Positions 18,410 to 28,109 of a stretch of DNA of 64,000 nucleotides are shown piece after piece (the first letter of the stretch is position 1; each line of letters opens with the position of its first letter). This stretch comes from an uncultured virus (IMG/VR IMGVR_UViG_3300025137_000019) (lineage: Duplodnaviria > Heunggongvirae > Uroviricota > Caudoviricetes), in the IMG/VR virus record IMGVR_UViG_3300025137_000019. The stretch is one strand, 5' to 3'. Made by a program: the position numbers and the translations under genes. The notes beneath the pieces were generated by a model. It worked only from the letters and a program-made list of their open reading frames with translations, searched no databases and was not told the DNA's origin.

Positions 18410-19327
18410 ATGTCATTAAGAAATATAAGTAATTTCTTTAATATCATTAAGAAGGGTAGACTTAAGAGTCAACTTTCTGATAATGATATGATACCTGTAG
18501 GTACAAGAGATGTTACTAACAAATCTGTATATCAAGATACAGCAGTATCATTTAAAGATTTTAAAAATCAAGTTGGTGGAGCAGCTCCTCAAGGACCCCC
18601 AGGAGCAACTGGTGCTCAAGGTCCACAGGGTATTCAAGGTATACAAGGTGTACCAGGTGCGGTTGGTGCAGCAGGATTAAATTTTACAGGTACTTGGAGT
18701 GCATCTTCTTCTTATGTAGAGGATGATGTAGCATTCTTTAGCGGATCTAGTTATGTATGTACTACAGCAGTAGGGCCAAGTGCTACAGATCCTTCAGTAG
18801 ATACAGCTAACTGGGCTTTCCTAGCATTACAAGGATTACAAGGACCACAAGGTGTTCCAGGGTCAGGTTTTAGTGCTTCTGTAGTTAACAGAACAGGTAC
18901 AGGTGCAAGTACGTCACAAGTTATTCTAAACTATATACTTATTCCAGCTAATACATTTGCTGTAGGAGATGTGTGGAGTTATAAAGCAATGTTTATTAAA
19001 GCTGTAATTACAGGGGCCATAGCTAAGATAAAAATGTACATTGGTGATACAACAAATTTAAGTGGTACAAATTATATGCTTCAAGAGCATAGGTTTGAAA
19101 CAAATTCAAGAGCTATGACTGTAGGAAGAGATTATTATATTGAAGCTGTAGCTACATATGCTCAAGATAGTGGTACTCAAAATGATGACAGTCCCTATTT
19201 ACAAACAGGAAGTTCCATTGATACTTATGTTATTGATTGGACAGTAGACCAGTATTTTGTAATAACAGCTACTAATACAGGTGGAGCATCCCAAGAAGCA
19301 TTTAATGTAGGTGCAAAAATTTATTAA
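18410..19327 (+). CDS. collagen-repeat fibre protein
   Basis: G-X-Y repeats and a GTWS..SY..DDV..GSSYVC..P..W carbohydrate-binding-like module. Confidence 0.75.
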   Translation: MSLRNISNFFNIIKKGRLKSQLSDNDMIPVGTRDVTNKSVYQDTAVSFKDFKNQVGGAAPQGPPGATGAQGPQGIQGIQGVPGAVGAAGLNFTGTWSASSSYVEDDVAFFSGSSYVCTTAVGPSATDPSVDTANWAFLALQGLQGPQGVPGSGFSASVVNRTGTGASTSQVILNYILIPANTFAVGDVWSYKAMFIKAVITGAIAKIKMYIGDTTNLSGTNYMLQEHRFETNSRAMTVGRDYYIEAVATYAQDSGTQNDDSPYLQTGSSIDTYVIDWTVDQYFVITATNTGGASQEAFNVGAKIY

Positions 19328-19338
19328 AATAAAATAAA

Positions 19339-20130
19339 ATGTCAATAGGAAATTTAAAAACAGAAGGCGGTAAAGGAACTAATTGGCCTTGGCAATATAA
19401 AATGCTACTTGGTCTAGATAAGATTGCAGCAGCAATTGTAACAGGGGGTAAAGAGTATGAATCAGATTTAGTATCTATTACTTGTGCAGGACCCGTTCCT
19501 CCTGCAGGTACAGTACTAAGATTAGAAGTAAGAGTATTTGATACTACTACTGGAGCATTTACCAGTGTATCTTATTATGAGCCAGGAAGTATTATTGCAG
19601 ACCCAGCAGATTATTCTGGATGTACTATTACATATTTAGAAGCAGGTGATGCTACAGAAGCTACATTACAAGCTATTCTTACTAAGAATACAGAAATAGA
19701 AGTAACAGCCGATGCTATTTTAGCAATGAATACGGATATTGAGGCTAAGACAACTTTAGTTGTAGCTAATACTGATGAAATAAAAGCAGATGTTGGTGAT
19801 ATTTTAACTAATACTTCAGGTATTTTAGCTGACACTACTGGTATTCAAACTAACACAGATACATTAAGAAATAGTACTAATGTACCTACAATGCTTAGAG
19901 CTACAGCAGCTGGTCAAGTAACAATTGCAGCTCTTGTAAAGTCAGTTTCTTTTTATAATGCATCGGCTACAGATACAGCACATGTACTTACAGTTGATCT
20001 TAAACCAGGAGAAACCGTAAACTTTGATGCAGGTGGTAACGGTAACAAGTTCCCAGCTTCTACATTTACATATGATCCTGATACAACAGGTGGTGGGGCA
20101 GGAGATCTATTAATAATTTATGTAGTATAA
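19339..20130 (+). CDS. putative fibre/structural protein
   Basis: Heptad (I..NT) stalk with a beta-rich end. Confidence 0.55.
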   Translation: MSIGNLKTEGGKGTNWPWQYKMLLGLDKIAAAIVTGGKEYESDLVSITCAGPVPPAGTVLRLEVRVFDTTTGAFTSVSYYEPGSIIADPADYSGCTITYLEAGDATEATLQAILTKNTEIEVTADAILAMNTDIEAKTTLVVANTDEIKADVGDILTNTSGILADTTGIQTNTDTLRNSTNVPTMLRATAAGQVTIAALVKSVSFYNASATDTAHVLTVDLKPGETVNFDAGGNGNKFPASTFTYDPDTTGGGAGDLLIIYVV

Positions 20131-20131
20131 A

Positions 20132-20512
20132 ATGGCAGGTACTAATATAACGCGAACTTTAGCTGAAAATGCCTTTAATAGAGCTTTACTTAGAGCAACC
20201 GTCTTTTCAACAGCAACGGTAGGTGCAACTTTAACTATAAATACAAATGTAATAGGTACTGTAGCTATAACTGCTCAAGATTCAGATTTTACAATTGCAC
20301 TGCCTACAGGTTCACCTAAAGAAGGTCAAAAGTTAATGATTAGAATAAAAGATGATGGAACAGGTAGGTCTATTACGTATAATGCTATATTTAGAGCAAT
20401 AGGTATAACACTACCCACAAGAACTATTGCTAGCAAAGTATTATATTTAGGATGTATGTTTAATTCTGCAGAAACTAAGTGGGATGTAATAGCCGTAAAA
20501 CAAGAAGCTTAA
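20132..20512 (+). CDS. putative tail fibre-associated protein
   Basis: P.G.P.EGQKL.IRIKD.GT.R.IT..WDVIAV domain seen in phage fibres. Confidence 0.6.
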   Translation: MAGTNITRTLAENAFNRALLRATVFSTATVGATLTINTNVIGTVAITAQDSDFTIALPTGSPKEGQKLMIRIKDDGTGRSITYNAIFRAIGITLPTRTIASKVLYLGCMFNSAETKWDVIAVKQEA

Positions 20513-20513
20513 A

Positions 20514-20792
20514 ATGATAATTATTTCAAAAATAGAGTTAGAAGGTGCTGACAATTTAAAGTATACTGATGTAGGATATACAGAAGATACTGCTGTAGCT
20601 ATTCAAATAAATGAAGACTATGACTCTACTTTAGGTAAATTCTTAGGAGAAAATAGAACTAAACTAGCAACAGGAGAATCTAGTGTGAGTACCTTTTTTG
20701 CTACAACTGAATCAGTAAATGAAGCTAGAACAGAAGTAGACACAGTAGAAGGTTTGGGTATACCATTAATAACCAATGTAAATGAGTTATAA
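20514..20792 (+). CDS. hypothetical protein
   Basis: 92-aa ORF in a coupled run. Confidence 0.6.
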   Translation: MIIISKIELEGADNLKYTDVGYTEDTAVAIQINEDYDSTLGKFLGENRTKLATGESSVSTFFATTESVNEARTEVDTVEGLGIPLITNVNEL

Positions 20793-21457
20793 TGGCAGCA
20801 CCTGTAAAAGGAAACACTACTAACGCTAATCCAACTCCTGGATCTAACTCTCATTCTATTACTCATAATCAGAATGCTGGTACTAATAAACTATTAGTAG
20901 TATTTGTCACTATGTCTAACGCTGGTAATAGAACTTACACAGGTGCAACTTATGGTGGTGTAGCAATGACTCAGCTTTATCAAATTAATAGAGGAGGTCT
21001 TAGTCAAAGAATGGTATGTTATCATTTAGAAAGTCCCGCTGATGGGAATAATACATTGCAAATTACCTTTAATGGAAATCAATGGAATCCTATTAGCATA
21101 CATGCTAGAAGTTTTACAGGGTCTGGAGGTGTAGGTGCGTCAACTAGAACAGGAGGGCAAGCTACTCCTCATAATGGAACTCTTACTGTAGCTGATGATT
21201 CTTTAATCATGTTAACATCATGCTCCATTAATCAAATATTAACTCAGCAAATACCAACGGGAACTAATAGAACTTTTACTACACACAATACTAACAGACA
21301 GGTAGCTACAGGTGCAATATCCGCAGATGCTAGGCAGAGTGCAGGTACTATAGCTTTAAGGGCTACTTCTACATTTGGAAGCTTAACGTTAGATAGAACA
21401 GAAATAAAAGGATTATCTGCCTCTGGATCTGATGATGATTTTATAATATTTATTTAA
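20792..21457 (+). CDS. beta-rich virion protein
   Basis: T/G/S-rich; LLVV..TYGGVAMT motif. Confidence 0.55.
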   Translation: MAAPVKGNTTNANPTPGSNSHSITHNQNAGTNKLLVVFVTMSNAGNRTYTGATYGGVAMTQLYQINRGGLSQRMVCYHLESPADGNNTLQITFNGNQWNPISIHARSFTGSGGVGASTRTGGQATPHNGTLTVADDSLIMLTSCSINQILTQQIPTGTNRTFTTHNTNRQVATGAISADARQSAGTIALRATSTFGSLTLDRTEIKGLSASGSDDDFIIFI

Positions 21458-21459
21458 TT

Positions 21460-22263
21460 ATGGGGGCATCAGTAAATATTAATAAAACTCTGGGAGTAGC
21501 TGCAGGAACTAGTATTATAGCTCCTCAGACAGATAGCTTTACCAATACTCATAGTATAGAGCTTGATGGTATTGATGCTTATGTAGACTGTGGTAGCAAC
21601 GGAAGTCTGAACTTTGAAAGAACAGATTCTTTTTCTTTTAGTTTTTGGGTTAAAAGAAATTCAACAGGGACTAATGACGTTATGGTAGCTAGACAAAATG
21701 CAACTGGAAACCAAAGAGGATATTATGTTAATTTAAACACTTCTGATCGACTTGTTATACAATTAAGAAGGGATACTTCAAATAATAGCCAAAGATTAAA
21801 TGTTCAAAGTACTACGTTAATAAACACTACAAATTGGTATCATATAGCTATAACATATGATGGCACAAGTACAGTAAATAGTTTTAAAATGTATATTGAT
21901 GGAGAAAGAGATGTAATTACAAATAAACTAGGCACATTGTCTGCAAGCATACAAACACCTTCAGCTGTATTTTGTATAGGTTCTTTGCATACTGGTGTTG
22001 CGGCAGCTGCTGATGCATTTATGGATGAAATTGCAGTATTTGATTCAGTCTTAACTGATGGAGGAGTTAGCGAAGGTCAAACTGCAGGTGGTGAAATTGC
22101 AGAGATTTATAATAGCGGTACGCCAAATGACTTAACTTCATTATCTCCTATATCTTGGTGGAGGTTTGAAGAAGGCTCAGGAACAAGTGCAACTGATTCA
22201 GGATCTGCGTCAAATACAGGAACTTTAGAAAATACTGCAACTTTTAGTACAGATGTGCCTTAA
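21460..22263 (+). CDS. LamG/concanavalin A-like lectin domain protein
   Basis: FSFSFWVK, WYHIAITYDG, MYIDG, DEIAVF, WWRFEEG. Confidence 0.85.
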   Translation: MGASVNINKTLGVAAGTSIIAPQTDSFTNTHSIELDGIDAYVDCGSNGSLNFERTDSFSFSFWVKRNSTGTNDVMVARQNATGNQRGYYVNLNTSDRLVIQLRRDTSNNSQRLNVQSTTLINTTNWYHIAITYDGTSTVNSFKMYIDGERDVITNKLGTLSASIQTPSAVFCIGSLHTGVAAAADAFMDEIAVFDSVLTDGGVSEGQTAGGEIAEIYNSGTPNDLTSLSPISWWRFEEGSGTSATDSGSASNTGTLENTATFSTDVP

Positions 22264-22272
22264 TAAAATAAT

Positions 22273-22533
22273 ATGAGCCTAAGAAAAACTTTTACAAAAT
22301 ATGCTATAATAAAAATAGAAGATCTAACTAAAGTAGATTTTTCTCAAGTAGGAGAAACTTCTGCAGATACTGTTAGAAAAAACCTATTAGATCCACCTAC
22401 TCAATTTGTATTAAAATGGGATACTCAACCTAGTTTTATTACTGATGGTACAGTTGTACCCGATGCTCTATATACTCATAAAGAATGTTTAGAGTTAATG
22501 GCTACAGATGTTTGGTCTCCCCTAGAACCATAA
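22273..22533 (+). CDS. small conserved phage protein accompanying LamG fibre genes
   Basis: VDFSQV.ETS..TVRK..FVLKW..P.FI motif. Confidence 0.6.
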   Translation: MSLRKTFTKYAIIKIEDLTKVDFSQVGETSADTVRKNLLDPPTQFVLKWDTQPSFITDGTVVPDALYTHKECLELMATDVWSPLEP

Positions 22534-22553
22534 TATAAACCAAAATAAAAACT

Positions 22554-23444
22554 ATGAAATTAATTAAACATGCTGGTAATATCCATGAGTTAAGACTTGA
22601 GGGTACACACGCTAAGATTGCAATGATGTCAGATTTACATTGGGATAATCCAAAGTGTGATTGGAAACAATTAAAACAAGATTTAGACTACTGTTTAAAA
22701 GAATCTATTCCTATTATGATTAATGGAGATATGTTCTGTTTAATGCAAGGTAGAGGTGATAATAGAAAGAATAAATCTGATATAAGGCCAGAGCACAATA
22801 ATGCTATGTACTTAGATAGTATAGTAGAAACAGCAGTAGAGTGGTTTAGTCCATATGCTCATTTGCTTACTGTTATAGGATATGGTAACCATGAGACTGC
22901 AATTATTAAGTTTCAAGAAACAGATATACTAGCTAGATTTGTACAACTTCTTAATATTAAAAATCACACTAATGTACAAGTAGGTGGTTATGGTGGTTGG
23001 ATGATAATCAATCAAACAGTTAGAAAATCTAAATTAGGAAAGGCTGGCACTAAATCTATGAAAATAAGATACTTCCATGGATCAGGTGGTGGTGGTGTAG
23101 TAACTAAAGGAGCACTTAACTTGACTAGAGCGTTAGAAATGTATGAAGACTTTGATGTATTTACTATGGGTCATATCCATGAGAACGCTTCTAGGAATGA
23201 TGTAAGAGATTCAATAGTACAAGGACCTGGATCATATAGACAAGAGCAAAAACAATTGCATCTTATGCTTACAGGAACATATAAAGAAGAATACGGAGAT
23301 GGTTCTAAAGGGTGGCATGTTGAAAGAGGTGCTCCTATTAAACCTACTGGAGGCAGAATCTTAACCATTGATTATAAAAGAGTTAGAGATAAAGATTCTG
23401 ACCTTTGGAAAAGAGGTATAGATTCCTATAAATTTCCTATTTAA
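22554..23444 (+). CDS. calcineurin-like metallophosphoesterase
   Basis: SDLH, GD, GNHE, HG, GHIH motifs. Confidence 0.88.
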   Translation: MKLIKHAGNIHELRLEGTHAKIAMMSDLHWDNPKCDWKQLKQDLDYCLKESIPIMINGDMFCLMQGRGDNRKNKSDIRPEHNNAMYLDSIVETAVEWFSPYAHLLTVIGYGNHETAIIKFQETDILARFVQLLNIKNHTNVQVGGYGGWMIINQTVRKSKLGKAGTKSMKIRYFHGSGGGGVVTKGALNLTRALEMYEDFDVFTMGHIHENASRNDVRDSIVQGPGSYRQEQKQLHLMLTGTYKEEYGDGSKGWHVERGAPIKPTGGRILTIDYKRVRDKDSDLWKRGIDSYKFPI

Positions 23445-23521
23445 ACACTACGTGTTTACTGGTATATTTTAAATATTTTTTGTATATTATAGGTATATGT
23501 TTATAATTTATACAAGAGAGA

Positions 23522-23815
23522 ATGGAAATTTCAAATATGCAAGTGGGTTTTGATGCTTTATTATCAATCCTATCAGCTTTAGTAGGAGCGTTGACAGTGT
23601 GGTTCACTTTAAAAAACAAGGTGGCTATACAACAAATTATACTAGATAGTATGAAAGATAGTTTAGATATGGTTCACAAAAGAGTAGATGGGCTTAAAGA
23701 TAAGGTTGAGTCTAATAGAGAAAAACAAGAAAAATCTGTTGCGGATATTAGAGATGACATGGCTAAAATGAAAATAGAAATCATTGAAGCTATTCATGCA
23801 ATTAAAAGTAAATGA
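23522..23815 (+). CDS. TM plus coiled-coil protein (lysis-associated?)
   Basis: N-terminal TM, first gene of the lysis cluster. Confidence 0.5.
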   Translation: MEISNMQVGFDALLSILSALVGALTVWFTLKNKVAIQQIILDSMKDSLDMVHKRVDGLKDKVESNREKQEKSVADIRDDMAKMKIEIIEAIHAIKSK

Positions 23816-24258
23816 TAAGAATACTTTTTGTATTAGCAATATTGGGTTTATTTGCCTGTACACCTCAGCGTAGGTTTACAAGGTTAATAGATAAATACCC
23901 ACATTTACTTACTACAGATACTTTAGTTATACAGGATACAGTTAAAGTTACTGTACCTAAAGTGGTTCATGATACAATTTTTAGTGAGCACTTTTTTCAT
24001 GAGATTACAAGAGATACATTAATATTACAGAAAGAAAGACTTACTGTAAAAATATTTCACGATACTATAAAGAAGAATATATTTATTCAAGGAAAGTGTG
24101 ATACGGTTATTGTAGAGAAAATAGTTGAGAGAAAGATCCCAATTAAATATTACGAGAAAACTCCACTTTGGAAAAAAGTAATTAATTGGTTAATTATAGC
24201 AGTACTGCTTTATGCAGTATACAGACTGTTTTTGTTTTTAAAAAAAAGATTACTATGA
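23812..24258 (+). CDS. putative unimolecular spanin
   Basis: Lipobox LFAC, beta-rich DT repeats, C-terminal TM helix. Confidence 0.55.
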   Translation: MIRILFVLAILGLFACTPQRRFTRLIDKYPHLLTTDTLVIQDTVKVTVPKVVHDTIFSEHFFHEITRDTLILQKERLTVKIFHDTIKKNIFIQGKCDTVIVEKIVERKIPIKYYEKTPLWKKVINWLIIAVLLYAVYRLFLFLKKRLL

Positions 24259-24491
24259 AAAAGTTTTTTAAAGAATTATTAAGTGATGAATTAGGAAATT
24301 ATTCATCAAAGAGATTAGGTGGTTTACTTTGCGTTTTAGCACTTGTAGTATCATTAATAGCTAATACCTTTACCCATGGTGATATAAAGCCTGCAGAGTA
24401 TCTTGTAGATGCTGTAGCTTTATTTGCATTTGGATCTTTAGGTTTAACATCAATTGATAAATTTACTAAAGCAAGAAATAAAATGGGGTAA
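24255..24491 (+). CDS. putative holin
   Basis: 78 aa from ATG 24255, SSKR motif, 2 TMs, next to the endolysin. Confidence 0.6.
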   Translation: MKKFFKELLSDELGNYSSKRLGGLLCVLALVVSLIANTFTHGDIKPAEYLVDAVALFAFGSLGLTSIDKFTKARNKMG

Positions 24492-24555
24492 GTGCAATTT
24501 TAGTATATTTAACATTCTTTTTAATATATGCCATACCCGCAATAATAAAATATCT

Positions 24556-25260
24556 ATGGAAAAAATTATAACATGCCCTCATTGTCATACTCAATTTGAT
24601 CTATCAATAAACCCTACTTCACCAGATGGGGGCTCAAATTATCTTTGGATATTTGATAATGGTCATGGTGGTATGATAGATGGTGTTTATCAGACACCAG
24701 GTAAAAGATCTCCAGTATGGCCAGACGGGACGCAGCTGTTTGAAGGAGAATTTAATAGAGCTATAGTAAATAGATTAATGGCTAAATGTGAAGCTAATGG
24801 CATAAGTGCTGTAAACCTTGTGGATACACCTAATGATGTTAGCTTAACGGAAAGAGTAAATACTGCTAATAGATTAGCTAAGTCTTCAGATAAGAAATGT
24901 ATATATGTAAGCATACATGCAGATGCCTTTACTGATGAGTCAGCAAATGGTTGGAGTGTATATACTTCACCAGGTACAACTAAATCTGATGGTATTGCTA
25001 CAATATTATTTGAAAAAGCAGCCAGAGAGTTTACTGGTGAGTATATGAGATCAGATAAGTACTCAGATGGTGATGTAGATAAAGAAGCTAAATTTACAGT
25101 ATTAATGAATACTAATATGCCTGCTATACTATCTGAAAACTTTTTTATGACTAATTCAGATAACTGTCACAAATATCTTTTATCTGAAGAAGGTAGAGAT
25201 AGAGTAGCTAAAATACACTTTGAAATGATTCAGCAAGTAGAAGCTGAAGGTAAAATATAA
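24556..25260 (+). CDS. endolysin, N-acetylmuramoyl-L-alanine amidase (Amidase_3)
   Basis: DNGHGG..E..R...AN..SIHA..PAILSE.FFM. Confidence 0.9.
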   Translation: MEKIITCPHCHTQFDLSINPTSPDGGSNYLWIFDNGHGGMIDGVYQTPGKRSPVWPDGTQLFEGEFNRAIVNRLMAKCEANGISAVNLVDTPNDVSLTERVNTANRLAKSSDKKCIYVSIHADAFTDESANGWSVYTSPGTTKSDGIATILFEKAAREFTGEYMRSDKYSDGDVDKEAKFTVLMNTNMPAILSENFFMTNSDNCHKYLLSEEGRDRVAKIHFEMIQQVEAEGKI

Positions 25261-25264
25261 AATT

Positions 25265-25423
25265 ATGAAATTTAGAAACGGTTGGAAATCATATAATAAA
25301 CAATGGGATAAATTTGTTATTAAAGTTAGAGTGTCCTCATTAGATATATTTGGAATTGAAATAGATATTTCAAGAAAGTTTTATTTAATAACTCTATTAA
25401 ATTTCACTATTAAAAACAGGTAA
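25265..25423 (+). CDS. small hypothetical protein (52 aa, not in track)
   Basis: MKFRNGWK..KNR ORF right after the amidase. Confidence 0.55.
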   Translation: MKFRNGWKSYNKQWDKFVIKVRVSSLDIFGIEIDISRKFYLITLLNFTIKNR

Positions 25424-25489
25424 TCTTATTTAACTCTCTATAGTTTAAACTTTATTTGTATATTTGTTTATAAATAAAAATTTAAACCA

Positions 25490-25771
25490 ATGGAAAATCC
25501 AAATGAAAATCTGTCTCCAGAAGAACTTGAACAAAGAAAAGAGGAGATGAAAGTATTTTATGATACGTCAGTACCATATTTAGAATCACAACTTAAATAT
25601 GAAGAACTTCTAACTAATGTTGAAGAAGCTAGATTTAAAAGAGCTAACTTTCAATATCAATGGCAAATGCTTATGGCTCAGACAGCTATGCAAGAAGAAG
25701 ATAGTAAAGAAGAAGATCAAAAAGAAACATCTTCTAAACCACCTAAAAAAACAAAGTTAAAAAGAACATAG
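25490..25771 (+). CDS. hypothetical protein
   Basis: 93-aa ORF after a TATATTTG promoter-like site. Confidence 0.7.
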   Translation: MENPNENLSPEELEQRKEEMKVFYDTSVPYLESQLKYEELLTNVEEARFKRANFQYQWQMLMAQTAMQEEDSKEEDQKETSSKPPKKTKLKRT

Positions 25772-25772
25772 T

Positions 25773-26150
25773 ATGGCACTTGTAAATCAAGTACGTAAAA
25801 ATGTTAGGTTGCAAAAATGGGATATTGTTAAGTATCAGATTTTAACTTATTGCTATATAAATAAAATTTTATTAAGTAATGCAGATCTTGAATGTTTAAC
25901 TTTATTAAGTTTTAATCAACCTATTGAACTAAGTAACTTTTGTTCTGATGCCTCAGTTGAAGATGATTCAATTTTTAAATCTCCTCAATCTGTCAGGAAT
26001 TCATTAAATAAATCTGAAAAGTATAATTTAATTACTAGAAGTTCTAAGAATAAAAAAATAATTAAATTAAATCCTATTTTAAAAATTCAGGTAGAAGGAA
26101 GTATATTACTTGATTATAAATTTTTTGCTCATGAATCCAAAAAAGAGTAA
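25773..26150 (+). CDS. winged-HTH DNA-binding protein
   Basis: LSNADLECL..SPQSVRNSLNK..LI..I.LNP. Confidence 0.55.
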   Translation: MALVNQVRKNVRLQKWDIVKYQILTYCYINKILLSNADLECLTLLSFNQPIELSNFCSDASVEDDSIFKSPQSVRNSLNKSEKYNLITRSSKNKKIIKLNPILKIQVEGSILLDYKFFAHESKKE

Positions 26151-26514
26151 GTATTTTATTAAAGAAATATCAGAGGATTTAGAAGTTAGTCCAGATTTAG
26201 TAGAAGACTTAGTTGATTTTTACTACAAAGAATGTAGAAGTATTTTGAGTAATCTTTCACATATTAGATTAAATATTGAAGGTCTTGGACATTTTGTATC
26301 TAGACCTAACCTAATGGAAAAGGCAATTAAAAGATATACAAAAGCATTACAAAATCATGATACTTCTACATTTTCGGCTTATTATAATAAAAAAAATATA
26401 GAAAAAAAATTAGAATTACTTAATAATAGTTTAATGCATCATAATCAAGAAAGAGATAAAAAAGATAAATTCAAGACGTCAAAGAAAGATGAACTTAAAA
26501 AAGATTTGGAATAA
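26131..26514 (+). CDS. IHF/HU-like protein
   Basis: IKEISEDL..LV..LNIEGLGHF; crAss-like gene position. Confidence 0.6.
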   Translation: MNPKKSKYFIKEISEDLEVSPDLVEDLVDFYYKECRSILSNLSHIRLNIEGLGHFVSRPNLMEKAIKRYTKALQNHDTSTFSAYYNKKNIEKKLELLNNSLMHHNQERDKKDKFKTSKKDELKKDLE

Positions 26515-26785
26515 TAGAAAAGAAATTTATGATGGTATTAAAAACTCAGTCATAAGAGATGATTTTGTTGAGGATGTTGCGGCTAAAAGAATGGTTCTAT
26601 GTAAACAATGTCCTGAGATAGATTTAGAAGGTTCTAAATGCGAAGTACCAGGTACTCAGCCATGTTGTAGTAACTGCGGTTGTTCACTAGGTTTTAAAAC
26701 AAGAGCTTTATCTACAGAGTGTCCATTAGGAGAATGGAAAGCTATAATGACTGAAAAACAAGAAGATAAATTAGGAGAATTATGA
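26489..26785 (+). CDS. Cys-rich zinc-binding protein
   Basis: R..C..C..C..CGC.L..K.R....CP..W. Confidence 0.65.
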   Translation: MNLKKIWNNRKEIYDGIKNSVIRDDFVEDVAAKRMVLCKQCPEIDLEGSKCEVPGTQPCCSNCGCSLGFKTRALSTECPLGEWKAIMTEKQEDKLGEL

Positions 26786-27597
26786 GATTACTATTTAATG
26801 AAAAAGATCACACTTATATTAGTATAGATGACTCTGAAATAAAATGGACAAGTGTTACATCTTTGATTTCAAAGTTTAAGAAAAAGTTTGATGCCAAAAA
26901 GGTATCACAAAAAGTTACTAAGAATAAAAAATCTAAATGGTATAATATAGATCCTGAAGAAATTATAAATATTTGGAATAAAGAATCTAAAAGAGCTACA
27001 GATTTAGGTAGTTTCTATCATAATCAAAGAGAATCTGATTTATGCTCTCTTTCCTCTATTGAAAAAGAAGGGGTTTACTTACCAATTTTTCCATGTGAAC
27101 CTTTAAAAGATGGTAAAAAATTATCATCAAAGCAAAAATTAGAACCAGGGGTTTATCCAGAACATATGGTTTATTTAAGATCAGCAGGTGTATGTGGACA
27201 AGCTGACTTAGTTGAGGTTATTAATGGTAAGGTAAATATTATTGATTATAAAACAAATAAAGAAATTAAAAAAGAATCATATAAAAATTGGGAAGGTATA
27301 AGTGATAAAATGAGTGCTCCTTTGCAAAATCTTGATGATTGTAACTTTAACCACTATAGTTTACAACTCAGTATTTATATGTATATTATATTGAAACATA
27401 ACCCTAAATTAAAACCAGGTAAAATATTTATACATCATATCTCTTTTGAAAAAGAAGGTGAAGATAAACATGGTTACCCAATTTCAAAACTGGATTATAA
27501 AAATGAGCCAATTGTAAAAGATGTTAAGATTATACCTATAAATTATTTAATTGATGAAGTACTAATGCTTATACACCATATAAAACAAACCGCATGA
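26782..27597 (+). CDS. PD-(D/E)XK (Cas4/RecB-like) exonuclease
   Basis: SVT, G..H, E, GQAD, IIDYKT, Y.LQL..Y. Confidence 0.85.
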   Translation: MRLLFNEKDHTYISIDDSEIKWTSVTSLISKFKKKFDAKKVSQKVTKNKKSKWYNIDPEEIINIWNKESKRATDLGSFYHNQRESDLCSLSSIEKEGVYLPIFPCEPLKDGKKLSSKQKLEPGVYPEHMVYLRSAGVCGQADLVEVINGKVNIIDYKTNKEIKKESYKNWEGISDKMSAPLQNLDDCNFNHYSLQLSIYMYIILKHNPKLKPGKIFIHHISFEKEGEDKHGYPISKLDYKNEPIVKDVKIIPINYLIDEVLMLIHHIKQTA

Positions 27598-28109
27598 TAA
27601 TTAGACTATTTGATATAGAAAATGATACTGTAATCCCAACAGAACATTGCTATACACTTAAGGCATTAAAGGATATAATGGAGAATTATCCAGATGACTA
27701 CTTAAAAGTTTATCAGTATTTATTTTATATGACATGTCCTAACCCAGACTTAAATCCTTTTTTTTATACACCAGAAGTTGATAAAGAGTCATTAATATTA
27801 GAGCAGGTAGAGGCAGAGTTTTCAACTGAAGATGATGATATACATTCTGCATTAAAATTTTGTGAGAGAATGTATGAAACTCCAACATCAAGGGCATATA
27901 ATGGTATATCAAAAGCATTAGATAATATGGCTAGATATATGGCTAACACACCTATAACAGATGGGAGAGATGGTAACATTAATCAAATAAGAGCTGTAGC
28001 AAAAGATTTTGAAGCAATTAGATCTTCCTTTAAAGGGGCCTTTAAAGATTTACAAGAAGAACAGCAAAGTAGTGTTAGAGGTGGTTATGGCTTAGGATAT
28101 GATCAGTAA
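27594..28109 (+). CDS. conserved protein before TerL (possible small terminase)
   Basis: Position; VRGG C-terminal motif. Confidence 0.45.
   Translation: MIIRLFDIENDTVIPTEHCYTLKALKDIMENYPDDYLKVYQYLFYMTCPNPDLNPFFYTPEVDKESLILEQVEAEFSTEDDDIHSALKFCERMYETPTSRAYNGISKALDNMARYMANTPITDGRDGNINQIRAVAKDFEAIRSSFKGAFKDLQEEQQSSVRGGYGLGYDQ

Noticed and set aside
18410..22533. Diversity-generating retroelement targeting fibre genes
   Set aside because: No reverse transcriptase and no adenine-variable repeat pair seen in the window
26782..27597. Cas4 as part of a CRISPR system
   Set aside because: A standalone PD-(D/E)XK nuclease is normal near crAss-like TerL; no cas genes or array
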